64,000 bases of DNA, from positions 1,056,001 through 1,120,000 of the forward strand of contig OY771587.1 in NCBI GenBank assembly GCA_963674825.1, read 5' to 3'. The notes beneath the pieces were generated by a model that was not told where the DNA came from, did not search any database, and was given only the letters and a program-made list of their open reading frames with translations. The DNA is from Candidatus Cloacimonadales bacterium. Its GTDB lineage: Bacteria; Cloacimonadota; Cloacimonadia; Cloacimonadales; JAIOQZ01. Shown in pieces: positions 47,989 through 57,985 of the stretch. The translations under genes were made by a program, and so were the position numbers. How positions within the stretch are numbered: the stretch's first letter is position 1; the number at the start of each line of letters is the position of its first letter.

Positions 47989-49062
47989 TTATTCCTTTTT
48001 CTCTCCGTCGTCATCCTTCGTCAGCGCGATGAACTCGGGGTCGTCCCAGTAGGGTTTGAAATTCAAGTCTTTGCGAGCTTCCTTTTTCTGGCGAGGATTG
48101 AGTTTGAATAGTTTCTCTAAGTCCTTGAGCATTTGTACCTTCCTTCCCAATCGAGCAAGCGAATTAGCCCTAAATTTCCAAGCATATGCATATTCAGCCT
48201 TTATCTCAATAGCCTTGTTATAACATTCTATGGCTTCTTTATATTTCTCCACTCCATGATACATTGCCCCGCAGTATACCCACAATTCGCTATTATTGTG
48301 ACGATACTGGCAAGCTTGATGCAACAGACAATGCATTGCACTCGTGTCACCAGCCCACCATGCCGAGCGTACTCCCTTTAAATACCAGTCTATCCTACCT
48401 GGATGAATCTCAAGATATCTTTCTGCATCAGATAATGCTGTTTTATACTTTCCAAGTTTCATAGCAGCTATCCATCGTTTTTCGTATATTTCAATTGGAA
48501 TATCATTGGAAAAAAAACGAAGAATATTTGTGCTTACCAGATACTCTCGAAGTACATCTTCAGTGTTTGCATCAAGTGGAATTTTCTTCTTCTCCATATC
48601 CTCAATCAGTGCACTACTATCTATAATTTGACTACTTAGCCTTTTCTTCTGCTCCTTTATTCCAGAAATTATTTGATCATACTCTCCCTTGCTTTTTTCC
48701 ATTTCAACTTTCACAACATTCATATCTCGAACAAGTTCTTTCTTTAATTGCCTCACATCCTTTAAGTTACTATACCCAAAGAATCCTGCAATAACAATCA
48801 TAATCGCTAGCGCTGCTAGAATGACTCCCATTGCTCCCAAGAATTGATCTAACATTTGTGCGCGGACGATCGTCAGCTCTTGGCGCTCATCCAGCATCGT
48901 CTTCACATCTTCTATAGATAATCCATTAGCTGGTTGGGCATCACCAGCCAGATTCAGTTCCAGCACGATGGGTTGCGGATTGCCTTTATCAACGTAAACG
49001 GTCTCGACAACAGTCGCGCAGGCGGCGCAGCAAATGATCATAACAAGCCATACGGATCGCAT
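47989..49062 (-). CDS. Membrane-anchored coiled-coil/TPR protein with an AT-rich core
   Basis: GGAGG RBS before ATG 49062; signal peptide, one TM, coiled coil, TPRs (YKEAIECYNKAIEI), terminal ARKD..F...WDDPEF motif. Confidence 0.75.
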   Translation of the reverse strand: MRSVWLVMIICCAACATVVETVYVDKGNPQPIVLELNLAGDAQPANGLSIEDVKTMLDERQELTIVRAQMLDQFLGAMGVILAALAIMIVIAGFFGYSNLKDVRQLKKELVRDMNVVKVEMEKSKGEYDQIISGIKEQKKRLSSQIIDSSALIEDMEKKKIPLDANTEDVLREYLVSTNILRFFSNDIPIEIYEKRWIAAMKLGKYKTALSDAERYLEIHPGRIDWYLKGVRSAWWAGDTSAMHCLLHQACQYRHNNSELWVYCGAMYHGVEKYKEAIECYNKAIEIKAEYAYAWKFRANSLARLGRKVQMLKDLEKLFKLNPRQKKEARKDLNFKPYWDDPEFIALTKDDDGEKKE

Positions 49063-49139
49063 AAGAACCTCCGGGATGTGGATGATCAATGTATTAATCC
49101 TTCGGTGAATTGTGTCAAATCTTTTACTTTAGTCGCCCT

Positions 49140-49270
49140 TCCGTGCAGGAGATTCGTTCGATCGCAGCCGGAGGCGTGGTGTTGCACGTCATAAGATCCG
49201 TGTCCGATAGCCATGAATGACGTGCTATATCCACGCCGGAGGCGATCGGACGAAGATTCGCGCGGATGCA
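49140..49270 (+). repeat. ~130-nt structured intergenic repeat, copy 2
   Basis: Same orientation and fold as 28176-28308. Confidence 0.9.
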
Positions 49271-49290
49271 CGCTGCAATGGCTCTCCCTA

Positions 49291-49375
49291 CTCCTTCCCC
49301 TTTTTCCAAAGGGGAAGGCTGGGATGGGGTTTCTCTACTCCCTCGCCCATTTGTGGGAGAGGGCAGGGGTGAGGG
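49291..49375. repeat. Two tandem REP-like palindromes
   Basis: CCTTCCCCTTT-ttcc-AAAGGGGAAGG..GGGATGGGG (49291-49329) and CTCCCTCGCCCA-ttt-GTGGGAGAGGG..GGGGTGAGGG (49338-49375). Confidence 0.75.
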
Positions 49376-49452
49376 TCTCCACTTTTTTCATTGACGAACA
49401 GAGCAGCGATTCACAATAGTAAGAAAACGCCCACACCATGCAAAGGACAGAT

Positions 49453-51882
49453 ATGAAAGCCCTCACGACAATCGCACTCATCCTGCTCACGCTCTCGCTC
49501 TGCGCGGTGATCCTCACCCCCGCAGAACGCACCATGATGCGCAACATGCTGGAGGAAAACGACCTCGACAGCCTTTCCACTGACTTCCTCAAAGACTGGA
49601 GTCCGGACACCCACTTCAAGATTCCGCTCGTTGTCGATATCCTCAACCACCCGTTCCACTTTCCGGACTACGTCGCCAAAACCGACACGCTCGTCCGCGA
49701 GAAGACCACCGCTGAGCTGCTCCTGAGCCTCGCACACGATGTTTTCGGCTGTGATAGCCAGCTTGACGATTTCCCCGCCGACCGCAAGACAGACGATCCC
49801 ATCGACTACGCCATCCAAAGCTGGGATACCATCTCGCGTGACTACCAACAAGCCTGGAGCGCGTTGAGCCATGACGAACGCCGTCAACTCGAGGCCATCG
49901 CCCTGAGCCTGTGGGAAGAACACGAAGATTCGCTCGATTACAAGGCCGCATTCGAGAAGCGCGGCTTATCTGAAAACGATCCCATCGGATCCGATAGCCT
50001 TATCGCTCTGATCGAGAAAGTCGATTTCTCGTCACTATCCCGCGCAGCCATAGCGTTCGAAACAGATTTCGGCATCCTCAAGGAGATGGTGCGTGACCAT
50101 AAGCTCAAGCCTCGCACGAAAAAAACCGCCTGGGGAACCATGCGTATCGGCGGCAGCGGTGACGACACCTATGATGGACGCTACGCGCTCATCATCGATA
50201 CCGGCGGCAACGATACCTATCGCTGTGACCTCTACGCCGATTCGAAGCAACCTTTTTGCTGGATAATCGATCTTGATGGCAACGACTACTACGAGAACCG
50301 TGGCGTTGGCGGACTCTTCAGCGCTGTGATGGGCCTATGCCGATTCTGGGACGTACAGGGCGACGACACCTATCGAACCGGCGACATGGCTTTCTGTAGC
50401 AGCTTCGGCTTCGGCATCTACGAAGACGAGTCTGGAGCCGATATCTACGACTGCGGCCTGCACGCTATTGGCGCCGCCAGCTTCGGAGTTTGCATTCAGA
50501 TCGATGGCGATGGCGACGATCGCTACAGCGTTACCCAATACGGCGAAGGCTTCGCAGGTCCGCTCGCAGCCGGAATCCTGGTCGAGCGCGGCGGTGACGA
50601 TCTCTACTACGCCGGCGGGAAATACCTGCACGCTCCCCTGGCACCATTCGACTTCCGCAGCCTGTCACAGGGCTTCGGCTTCGGTATGCGGCCGGATATC
50701 GCGGGTGGTATCGGCATCATCCACGACGACAAAGGCAACGATGTCTATCAGGGCGGCGTCTATGCACAAGCGGTGGCTTACTGGTACGCACTGGGTATCA
50801 TCATCGACAACGACGGAAACGACTATTATGACGCGGTCTATTATCCGCAAGGAAGCGGGATTCATCTCGCTGCCGGGTTCCTCTTCGATAGCGCTGGAGA
50901 GGATCATTATTATTCCAAACACGGTCCCGGCCAAGGCGCGGGACACGACTACGGCGTCGGATTCATGATCGACCGCGGCGGCAACGACTACTACGGCATC
51001 GAAGGCGGAAACGGCCTGGGTCTCACAAACTCCGTCGGTGTTTTCCTGGATGTTTGGGGAAATGACGAGTATGCACGTGACCGTCCAAGCAACTACGGTT
51101 ATGCCAATTCATCACGCGGCTGTGGTGGTATAGGGATCTTCCTCGATACCGGCGGTAAGGATATCTACGGCATCGAGAAAGCCGACAACGACAGCACCTG
51201 GGTAAACGGTACCTGGGGCATCGGCAGAGACATCGCCCTGATCGAACCACCGACGCCCATCGAGGAAGTCGCGGAAGAGCAGGCAGCGCTGGTCGATTCA
51301 CTTGCGGATATCGAAACAATCTTTAACGCAGCGTCCGAATGGGGCGTGGGAAGCGCTGCGCTACGCGTCGAAAAGGCTGCAGAAATCCTTCTCAAACGCG
51401 AGAATGAAGCCGCCGAATTCATTTTCAACCACCGCATGGATACCAAGAGTGGGCTGGTCTACCGTGCTATATCGCGTTTCGCCGATAAATCGGACGCCAT
51501 GAAACCCTACCTCTCGCGCGGATTACACAGCCCGGACAGCCTCGTCACCAAGATGGCTATCAATCTTATCAGCGAAAGCGGCGATACGCTGTGGGTGGAT
51601 TCGCTCTACGTACTTCTGGAGCAGAACAAGTATGTACCTAAAGTGCTGGGGGGGCTCGGCGGACTCAAATGCGAACGCAGCATCGATATCCTGTACGATT
51701 ATTGCGATAACGATTCGGAGATGCTTCGGGTGATTGCAGCGAAAGGATTACGCAGCATCAACACCGCCCGTACACGCCAGATCCTGCGCGACATGCGCGA
51801 CGATCCTTCGTTCCTGATCCAGTCGCTTGTGCGGCTATCACCCGCATGGAAACGGGTGGACGGCAAACCAAGATGGGAGTAG
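49453..51882 (+). CDS. Secreted protein with Gly/Asp-rich DxxG(N/D)DxY repeats and C-terminal HEAT-like repeats
   Basis: Signal peptide; more than 10 repeats of hhD..G[ND]D.Y; helical C-terminus. Start is ATG 49453 or 49438. Confidence 0.75.
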   Translation: MKALTTIALILLTLSLCAVILTPAERTMMRNMLEENDLDSLSTDFLKDWSPDTHFKIPLVVDILNHPFHFPDYVAKTDTLVREKTTAELLLSLAHDVFGCDSQLDDFPADRKTDDPIDYAIQSWDTISRDYQQAWSALSHDERRQLEAIALSLWEEHEDSLDYKAAFEKRGLSENDPIGSDSLIALIEKVDFSSLSRAAIAFETDFGILKEMVRDHKLKPRTKKTAWGTMRIGGSGDDTYDGRYALIIDTGGNDTYRCDLYADSKQPFCWIIDLDGNDYYENRGVGGLFSAVMGLCRFWDVQGDDTYRTGDMAFCSSFGFGIYEDESGADIYDCGLHAIGAASFGVCIQIDGDGDDRYSVTQYGEGFAGPLAAGILVERGGDDLYYAGGKYLHAPLAPFDFRSLSQGFGFGMRPDIAGGIGIIHDDKGNDVYQGGVYAQAVAYWYALGIIIDNDGNDYYDAVYYPQGSGIHLAAGFLFDSAGEDHYYSKHGPGQGAGHDYGVGFMIDRGGNDYYGIEGGNGLGLTNSVGVFLDVWGNDEYARDRPSNYGYANSSRGCGGIGIFLDTGGKDIYGIEKADNDSTWVNGTWGIGRDIALIEPPTPIEEVAEEQAALVDSLADIETIFNAASEWGVGSAALRVEKAAEILLKRENEAAEFIFNHRMDTKSGLVYRAISRFADKSDAMKPYLSRGLHSPDSLVTKMAINLISESGDTLWVDSLYVLLEQNKYVPKVLGGLGGLKCERSIDILYDYCDNDSEMLRVIAAKGLRSINTARTRQILRDMRDDPSFLIQSLVRLSPAWKRVDGKPRWE

Positions 51883-52036
51883 CAGATTATCATGTTGAGT
51901 AGCGATGTACAAGTATATCGAAACAGGAGCAATCTGCCATATAATTTCGGAAACTCATTTTCGAGGTTGACAAGAGAAGAATTATTCCGGTATCTCTGTC
52001 TGGAGACCCGCCACAGGCGCGTTCGGGAGTTTACAC

Positions 52037-52933
52037 ATGGTAAGTAAAGTGCAGAAAGTCCGTTTGGGCGTGTTCCTGATCATCAGTTTATCACTGATGA
52101 TCCTGTTGATCGTGCTCATCGCCGGCGAAAAGCTATTGAAGCAGAAAGACACCTACACAATCGCCTATAACAACGTTTCAGTCAATGGCTTGCAGATCGG
52201 CGCGATGGTCAAATATCGCGGTTATCAGGTCGGTTCTGTGACTGACATGCGGATCGATCCGAAAGATGTAGGCACAATCCTGGTGATTGTGGAGGTCGAA
52301 GCTGGCACACCGATCAAGGATGATATGGTTGCAAATCTTCTTCCGCAGGGTATAACCGGATTGAAACTGATTGAGCTTGTCGGCGGCAACAACGATTCCC
52401 CCACGCTCAAGCCAGGCACAGAAATCAAAGCCGGCACATCGCTGATGGGTGACATCACTGGCGGAATCGCATCAGTAACTGAAAAACTTGAGCTGGTTCT
52501 TCAGCATGTCAGCGACCTCACCGGCGAAGAGAATCAGGCGAAAATCACCAGCATCCTGAACAACCTCGATCTCCTCGTCTCCGAAAACAGGCAGCAGGTC
52601 AACCAGATCCTGAGCAACGTAAGCTACACCACCTCGAATCTCAACGAGTTGGTTGTTTCCATGAATGACGCCATGAACCGATTGAACGACCTGCTCTATT
52701 CCGAAGAAGCCGACCGTATCCTTGCCAATGCCGTGATCATCACCGATAACCTCTCCCGAACAACAGAGATGACCGGAAGCATCGCCATCAACCTCAATAA
52801 TATCATGCTGAAAGTACGCGACGACGTGGTTACCATCGTTGAAACCATGAAAGAAACAGTCGATTACCTGAACGAATTCTCCCGCCAAATCGACGAAGAA
52901 CCGTCGCTGTTGCTGCGAACAAAGCGTAAATAG
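52037..52933 (+). CDS. mlaD: MCE (MlaD-family) protein with long helical C-terminus
   Basis: N-terminal TM, VNGLQIGAMVKYRGYQVGSV, QGITGLKLIEL, ~150-aa helical tail ending EEPSLLLR. Confidence 0.9.
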   Translation: MVSKVQKVRLGVFLIISLSLMILLIVLIAGEKLLKQKDTYTIAYNNVSVNGLQIGAMVKYRGYQVGSVTDMRIDPKDVGTILVIVEVEAGTPIKDDMVANLLPQGITGLKLIELVGGNNDSPTLKPGTEIKAGTSLMGDITGGIASVTEKLELVLQHVSDLTGEENQAKITSILNNLDLLVSENRQQVNQILSNVSYTTSNLNELVVSMNDAMNRLNDLLYSEEADRILANAVIITDNLSRTTEMTGSIAINLNNIMLKVRDDVVTIVETMKETVDYLNEFSRQIDEEPSLLLRTKRK

Positions 52934-52941
52934 AGGAACAC

Positions 52942-55080
52942 ATGAAGCGTTTTATCTGGATCCTGCCGATCTTTGTGCTGATCTTACTCTCCGCATGTGC
53001 GGTGGAGGAGATTGCACCCCGAAATTACTACGTAATGGAATATTACCCACATACTGAAGTCGATTCGCTGAAGCGCGACACACCATTCCCCTACAAGGTG
53101 CTGATCAGCGAAGCGGAGATCGCTCGTACTTATACAAGGCGGCAGATCGTGCTTCGACACTTCGGTCCCAAACTCGTCTATTCCGATTACGATAACTGGG
53201 GTGGCAAGCTGTCCGAAATGGTCTCGGATCTTGTAACGCAACGGTTCCGCCGGTATAATGTATTCACAAAGGTTCACGAGGAATTCTACAGCGATTTACC
53301 CGATTTCGAGATCGATATCATCGTCAACAACATCGAGCTATATACATCGGATGTGAACACAAACCGCGCCGCAAGGCTCAATATCGAGTTCCAGCTCAAG
53401 CGGGTGAACGAGCAGACCACACTACTATCTCACAGCGTAAACCGTGTCGTTTTCATGGTGGATGACGAAATAGAAACCTTTGTTCAAATGGTGAATCAGA
53501 TGCTCCTGGAGGAGACCGATCATTTTATCGAGAAAATTACTGTATTCTTCGAGAAAGGCATCACGCCCGAGGACATCATCGCATCTGCATCAACTTCTGC
53601 AGACAGCCTTATCCGCAGTTCAGATAATGATGAAGAACTTCCCAGTGGTATGGGACTTCTCCTGCTACCTGCCATCAGTGAATCCGACGAAGAACCTTAT
53701 TTCATCGTCACCGATACTTACGGCATGGAAACAACAGGCAGAATGGGCGAGCCATTACCGCTCTGGAAAGGTAAATACACGCTTCGCATGGGCTCCGGCG
53801 ACTACGATCAGATGATTCGCAAAGACGATGTTGAAATCGTGCCGAGATTTAAAACCCTGATCAATCCAATGTGGGGTGCGCTCAAAGTTAAGATTGTAGA
53901 TGAGAGTCGAAACTACGCCAAAGTACGCTACGAGATATTCGACCAGTCCACCGGTGAGAGCTTCGGCTCCGATTTTCCGGCAGAAGAAGATATCGGTGAA
54001 CGCGATCGCGTCTGGTTGCTACATCCCGGACTCTATAAAGTCACGATCAACAATGAACCCTTCAACACTTACCAGAATTTTACAACCGTTTTTCTGGAGG
54101 AAGGATCTTACCAAGTCCTGACGATCGTCGTAAGCACCAATGAAGACGGCGTTCCCGAAAACCTGATCGGCGCCGGTGTCCTGGATGAAACGGATATCAA
54201 CGAGGAAGAGGAGTATTTCCATCTCTACAGCGCGATCCACGCCAATGGGAATATCTCCAGCGATAACTCGAACGATCAGAATAATCCTACAACTGTCATC
54301 AATGCAAATATCCAGCTTGACAACCGCATGATCTACGATCGTTATCCGTATCATCTCACCAGTAATCTGCTGGTCGAAGCAGGTATGAGCAAAGATGAAG
54401 AAACCGATCCACGCGCTGCTGACGATAGCTTCAGCCTGCGAAACACACTGGTATATTATCTGGTAAAATCTTTCGGGCTCTACGTCCGCGGCGACGCCAC
54501 AACCCACTTCTTCCCCGAGAAAGTTTATTCTACCGACGAGCGAAATTACGTGTTCATCAATGAAAACAGCCAGCGGGATACGCTGCTTGCAAAAGATAAA
54601 GTCGAGGTCAAACAACCGTGGCAACCAACCGAGCTCAAAGAGGGATTCGGCGTCAACTGGCGCATTCTGGACAAGCAGCGCGCAAGCCTCAGCACACGGC
54701 TCGGACTCGGATTCAGGCAAGTTTATGCCAACGATGTCTTTCTGTACAGCTATACTGATAATGTGGAAGTAAACGACTCAACAGAAGTCAATTACTACGT
54801 GTACAACGAAGTGGGAAATTCCACGCAGGAAGGTGTGGAGTTCAGCGTTGTAGCCAGTCTGGAGCTGCCGTTCAACCTATCCTACGACTCTAATCTGGAC
54901 ATCCTTTTCCCGTTCGATCAGGGAGACCCAAGCTACGAATGGGAGAACATCCTCAACCTCCGCCTGTTCAAGCAGGTGTCGCTCGACTATAAATTCACAC
55001 TGACCTATAACGAGGATGTCGCCGATTACAATATTCTGAACCATCAGTTTTATCTGCGACTGACCTATATCATCAACTGA
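52942..55080 (+). CDS. PqiC-like auxiliary lipoprotein fused to beta-sandwich domains and a predicted C-terminal outer-membrane beta-barrel
   Basis: Lipobox LSAC (Cys19); NYYVMEY...Y.RRQIV.R...YSDYDNW....EMVSDL PqiC-like pattern; the last ~290 aa are amphipathic strands (ELKEGFG, SLSTRLGLGFRQ, WENILNLRL...SLDY). Confidence 0.7.
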   Translation: MKRFIWILPIFVLILLSACAVEEIAPRNYYVMEYYPHTEVDSLKRDTPFPYKVLISEAEIARTYTRRQIVLRHFGPKLVYSDYDNWGGKLSEMVSDLVTQRFRRYNVFTKVHEEFYSDLPDFEIDIIVNNIELYTSDVNTNRAARLNIEFQLKRVNEQTTLLSHSVNRVVFMVDDEIETFVQMVNQMLLEETDHFIEKITVFFEKGITPEDIIASASTSADSLIRSSDNDEELPSGMGLLLLPAISESDEEPYFIVTDTYGMETTGRMGEPLPLWKGKYTLRMGSGDYDQMIRKDDVEIVPRFKTLINPMWGALKVKIVDESRNYAKVRYEIFDQSTGESFGSDFPAEEDIGERDRVWLLHPGLYKVTINNEPFNTYQNFTTVFLEEGSYQVLTIVVSTNEDGVPENLIGAGVLDETDINEEEEYFHLYSAIHANGNISSDNSNDQNNPTTVINANIQLDNRMIYDRYPYHLTSNLLVEAGMSKDEETDPRAADDSFSLRNTLVYYLVKSFGLYVRGDATTHFFPEKVYSTDERNYVFINENSQRDTLLAKDKVEVKQPWQPTELKEGFGVNWRILDKQRASLSTRLGLGFRQVYANDVFLYSYTDNVEVNDSTEVNYYVYNEVGNSTQEGVEFSVVASLELPFNLSYDSNLDILFPFDQGDPSYEWENILNLRLFKQVSLDYKFTLTYNEDVADYNILNHQFYLRLTYIIN

Positions 55081-55085
55081 TACGC

Positions 55086-56168
55086 ATGGAAAACGTAGGA
55101 AAGCTTCTGCGAAACGGCAACCGCCTCCAGTTGGAAGGGAACATCGACAAAGTCGCTGTTCCGGGCCTCTTCGCGCAGTTTTCCAGCATGAAAGACATCG
55201 CATCCATCGCGGTTATCGACCTTACAAATGTCAGCATGATCGATAGCGCAGGAGTTGCTCTCCTCGACGAAATGCAGCAACGTATCGGTAAGCCTGAACT
55301 GACAGGCGTTTCATCCGCGGTTCAGCGCTCCATCGACACATTCACTTCGCTCTCCCTTGCCAAGCAGCAAGAGAGCGTACCGCCTGGTTTCTTCGAAATG
55401 GTCGGCGACAAGGCCATCACCTGGTGGAGCTCGGTAATCTATTCACTCTATCTCACTTCCGATACGCTATATTGGGCATTCGTGGGAATTTTCAATCACA
55501 AGGGACAGCGCAAAAATTCGTTCATCCAACAGAGTCTTCTCATCGGTGTCGATGCACTGCCGATTGTTGGGTTGCTATCGTTTATCCTGGGACTGATCCT
55601 CGCGCTTCAAGCGGCGGCTCAGCTCCGCATGTTCGGCGCGAATATCTTCGTGGCAAACCTTGTCTCGATCTCGATGGTCCGCGAGATGGGCCCCATGATG
55701 ACAGCAATCATCATCGCGGGTCGAAGCGGATCGGCTATCGCCTCCGAGATCGCCACCATGAACGTCACTGAAGAGCTGGACGCGCTCAAGATGATGGCGA
55801 TCAATCCTATCCGCTACATTGTGGTACCGAAGTTTCACGCCATGACCATCTGCATGCCGCTGCTTGTTACGGTTTCGATTTTTCTCGGCGTCTTCGGCGG
55901 TGCACTGGTCGCGATGTTCTATCTCGATCTGACCATCAACGCCTACATCGAGCAGGGTATCAGTGCACTGGTGTTCAAAGACATCATCCTCAGCCTGACC
56001 AAAAGCACCTTCTTCTCGTGGGTGATCGTGATCATCGGCAGCTATTACGGCTTCCGGGTACAAGGTGGCGCAGAAGGCGTCGGTAAGGCGACCACAGCCT
56101 CCGTGGTGGCATCCATTTTCGCAGTTATTGTGCTGGATGTAATATTCAGTTTGATCTATTTGATATAG
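55086..56168 (+). CDS. mlaE: MlaE-family permease with N-terminal STAS domain
   Basis: DLTNVSMIDSAGVALL (STAS); REMGPMMTAIIIAGRSGSAIASEIATM; GGAEGVGKATT.SVV. Confidence 0.93.
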   Translation: MENVGKLLRNGNRLQLEGNIDKVAVPGLFAQFSSMKDIASIAVIDLTNVSMIDSAGVALLDEMQQRIGKPELTGVSSAVQRSIDTFTSLSLAKQQESVPPGFFEMVGDKAITWWSSVIYSLYLTSDTLYWAFVGIFNHKGQRKNSFIQQSLLIGVDALPIVGLLSFILGLILALQAAAQLRMFGANIFVANLVSISMVREMGPMMTAIIIAGRSGSAIASEIATMNVTEELDALKMMAINPIRYIVVPKFHAMTICMPLLVTVSIFLGVFGGALVAMFYLDLTINAYIEQGISALVFKDIILSLTKSTFFSWVIVIIGSYYGFRVQGGAEGVGKATTASVVASIFAVIVLDVIFSLIYLI

Positions 56169-56184
56169 GAGTCTGGAGGGAAAA

Positions 56185-56925
56185 ACGGAACCGATCATAA
56201 GAGTCCGAGATCTAGTCGCAAAATACGAGGAGAAGACGATCCTCGACGGGATAACCGTGGATATAATGCCTGCGGAAATCACCGTTATTCTCGGCGGTAG
56301 CGGATGCGGAAAGACCACACTTCTCAAGAACATCCTGCGGCTCTTTGAACCGGCCAGCGGAAGTGTGGAAATTTTCGGTAAAAACGTGGTCGGCATGGAA
56401 GAAGGTGAATTCGAGAAGATTCTGGCGAATGTAGGCATGCTGTTCCAGAATGGTGCGCTACTCAATTCGCTATCCATTTACGACAATATCAGCATTCCGC
56501 TCGAACAGCATACATCGATTCCCGACATCCTTAAAGAGCGCATCATCCGTAAAAAACTGGAACTGGTAAATCTCAGCCACGCCATCTATCTCAAGCCGTC
56601 CGAACTCTCCGGTGGTATGAAGAAACGCGCGGCACTAGCCCGTGCTATGGCGCTCGATCCGCTCATCCTCTTTTTCGACGAGCCCTCCGCCGGACTCGAT
56701 CCCATCACCAGCGCAAACCTCGACGAACTCATCCTGACGCTCAAGAAACAGCTCAACATAACCATCGTCATCGTCACCCACGAGCTGGCGAGCATTCACC
56801 GCATCGCTGACAAGATCATCTTCCTGGACAGCGGTAAGATGCTCTTCAACGGCACCCTCGAAGCCGCCAAGAAAGCCGCTATTCCCGAAATCGACACATT
56901 CTTCGAGGTCGGGCGATTCGAATAA
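56185..56925 (+). CDS. mlaF: MlaF-family ABC ATP-binding protein
   Basis: GGSGCGKT, FQNGALLNS, ELSGGMKKRAALARA, FDEPSAGLDP, VTH. The homologous frame begins before GTG 56257, so the start is uncertain (ACG 56185 or CTG 56173). Confidence 0.9.
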   Translation, partial: TEPIIRVRDLVAKYEEKTILDGITVDIMPAEITVILGGSGCGKTTLLKNILRLFEPASGSVEIFGKNVVGMEEGEFEKILANVGMLFQNGALLNSLSIYDNISIPLEQHTSIPDILKERIIRKKLELVNLSHAIYLKPSELSGGMKKRAALARAMALDPLILFFDEPSAGLDPITSANLDELILTLKKQLNITIVIVTHELASIHRIADKIIFLDSGKMLFNGTLEAAKKAAIPEIDTFFEVGRFE

Positions 56926-56950
56926 AGATTTATTTTATCTATCAAATATA

Positions 56951-56979
56951 TTGACTTTTTTCACATTCCATCCTATTAT
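56951..56979 (+). promoter_or_regulatory. Sigma70-type promoter
   Basis: TTGACT-N17-TATTAT, followed by GGAGG and ATG 56999. Confidence 0.65.
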
Positions 56980-56998
56980 TTGCTCATGGAGGTTTTTC

Positions 56999-57985
56999 AT
57001 GGCTACTCGTATAGACACTTGGCAAATAATAGATGATGGGCTCACCCGAATTGAGACTAGTCTATCTGAACAAAACCGCACAGAACCAGCACATCTTGAA
57101 ACGTGGATTGCGTCAAATCCTGAGATTGTTGGTTCAGATATATCAATCATTGGACGTCAAGTTTCAACAGCAAGTGGATTCCTTGATTTATTGGGGATAG
57201 ACAGATCAGGAAATCTCGTAGTAATTGAATTGAAACGCGATAAAGTAGCCCGAGATGCTATTGCTCAAGCAATTGACTATGCTTCTGATGTTGCCGAGTG
57301 GACTATTGATAAAATTAGTGATGTATGCTACAAATATCATGAGAAAACCCTTGAAGACCATATTGGTGATGTTTTCCCTGAAATAAACATCGATCAAATA
57401 AATATCAATGACACTCAACGAATTATCTTAGTTGGATTTTATTTAGAATCTTCTTCGGAACGGATGATTGCATGGCTATCGGGGATGTTTGGCGTAAACA
57501 TTAATGCCGTCTTACTTAGCTATGTCAAGACCAGTCACGAAGACGAGTTACTTACCAGAACATCAATCATTTCTGAGGATGTTGAAAGACTAAGAACTGA
57601 GAAAAGAAAAAAATTTTCTATAAAGATGTCTGATGTTCCGGGAGAATACAGCCTGGATGAGCTAAAAGAGCGATTATCTCATTATTTTAATGAAAACTCC
57701 ATCGCTAAAAAAAGAATAAAGGATGTTTTACTAAGCTCGCTACTAACAAGAGAGAAGATAACCCGTGATCAATTTAAGGAACTACTAATAAAGAATGACC
57801 CATCGATCGATCCTGGAAAAGCTGGCTATTACCTAATCTCAATCTCCTCTCAACTAGGCATGGAGAAGAACGACTTTCTCAGACAAATCATTAATTACGA
57901 ATATACCAATAACACTTACGAGAAAAACAATTTTTCACTCAACAATAAATACAGGGAAGTGGTTCAATCACTATTCGCCCAGTAG
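56999..57985 (+). CDS. PD-(D/E)xK nuclease, NucS/DUF91-like; AT-rich
   Basis: E..LETWIASNPEI, IIGRQV, DLLGIDRSGNLVVIELKR, AQAIDYAS. Confidence 0.8.
   Translation: MATRIDTWQIIDDGLTRIETSLSEQNRTEPAHLETWIASNPEIVGSDISIIGRQVSTASGFLDLLGIDRSGNLVVIELKRDKVARDAIAQAIDYASDVAEWTIDKISDVCYKYHEKTLEDHIGDVFPEINIDQININDTQRIILVGFYLESSSERMIAWLSGMFGVNINAVLLSYVKTSHEDELLTRTSIISEDVERLRTEKRKKFSIKMSDVPGEYSLDELKERLSHYFNENSIAKKRIKDVLLSSLLTREKITRDQFKELLIKNDPSIDPGKAGYYLISISSQLGMEKNDFLRQIINYEYTNNTYEKNNFSLNNKYREVVQSLFAQ

Noticed and set aside
49140..49270. Integron attC site or 6S RNA
   Set aside because: There are no RYYYAAC/GTTRRRY ends and no integrase. The element is shorter than typical 6S RNA and lacks a large central bubble. 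An Rfam search is still needed to exclude this formally.
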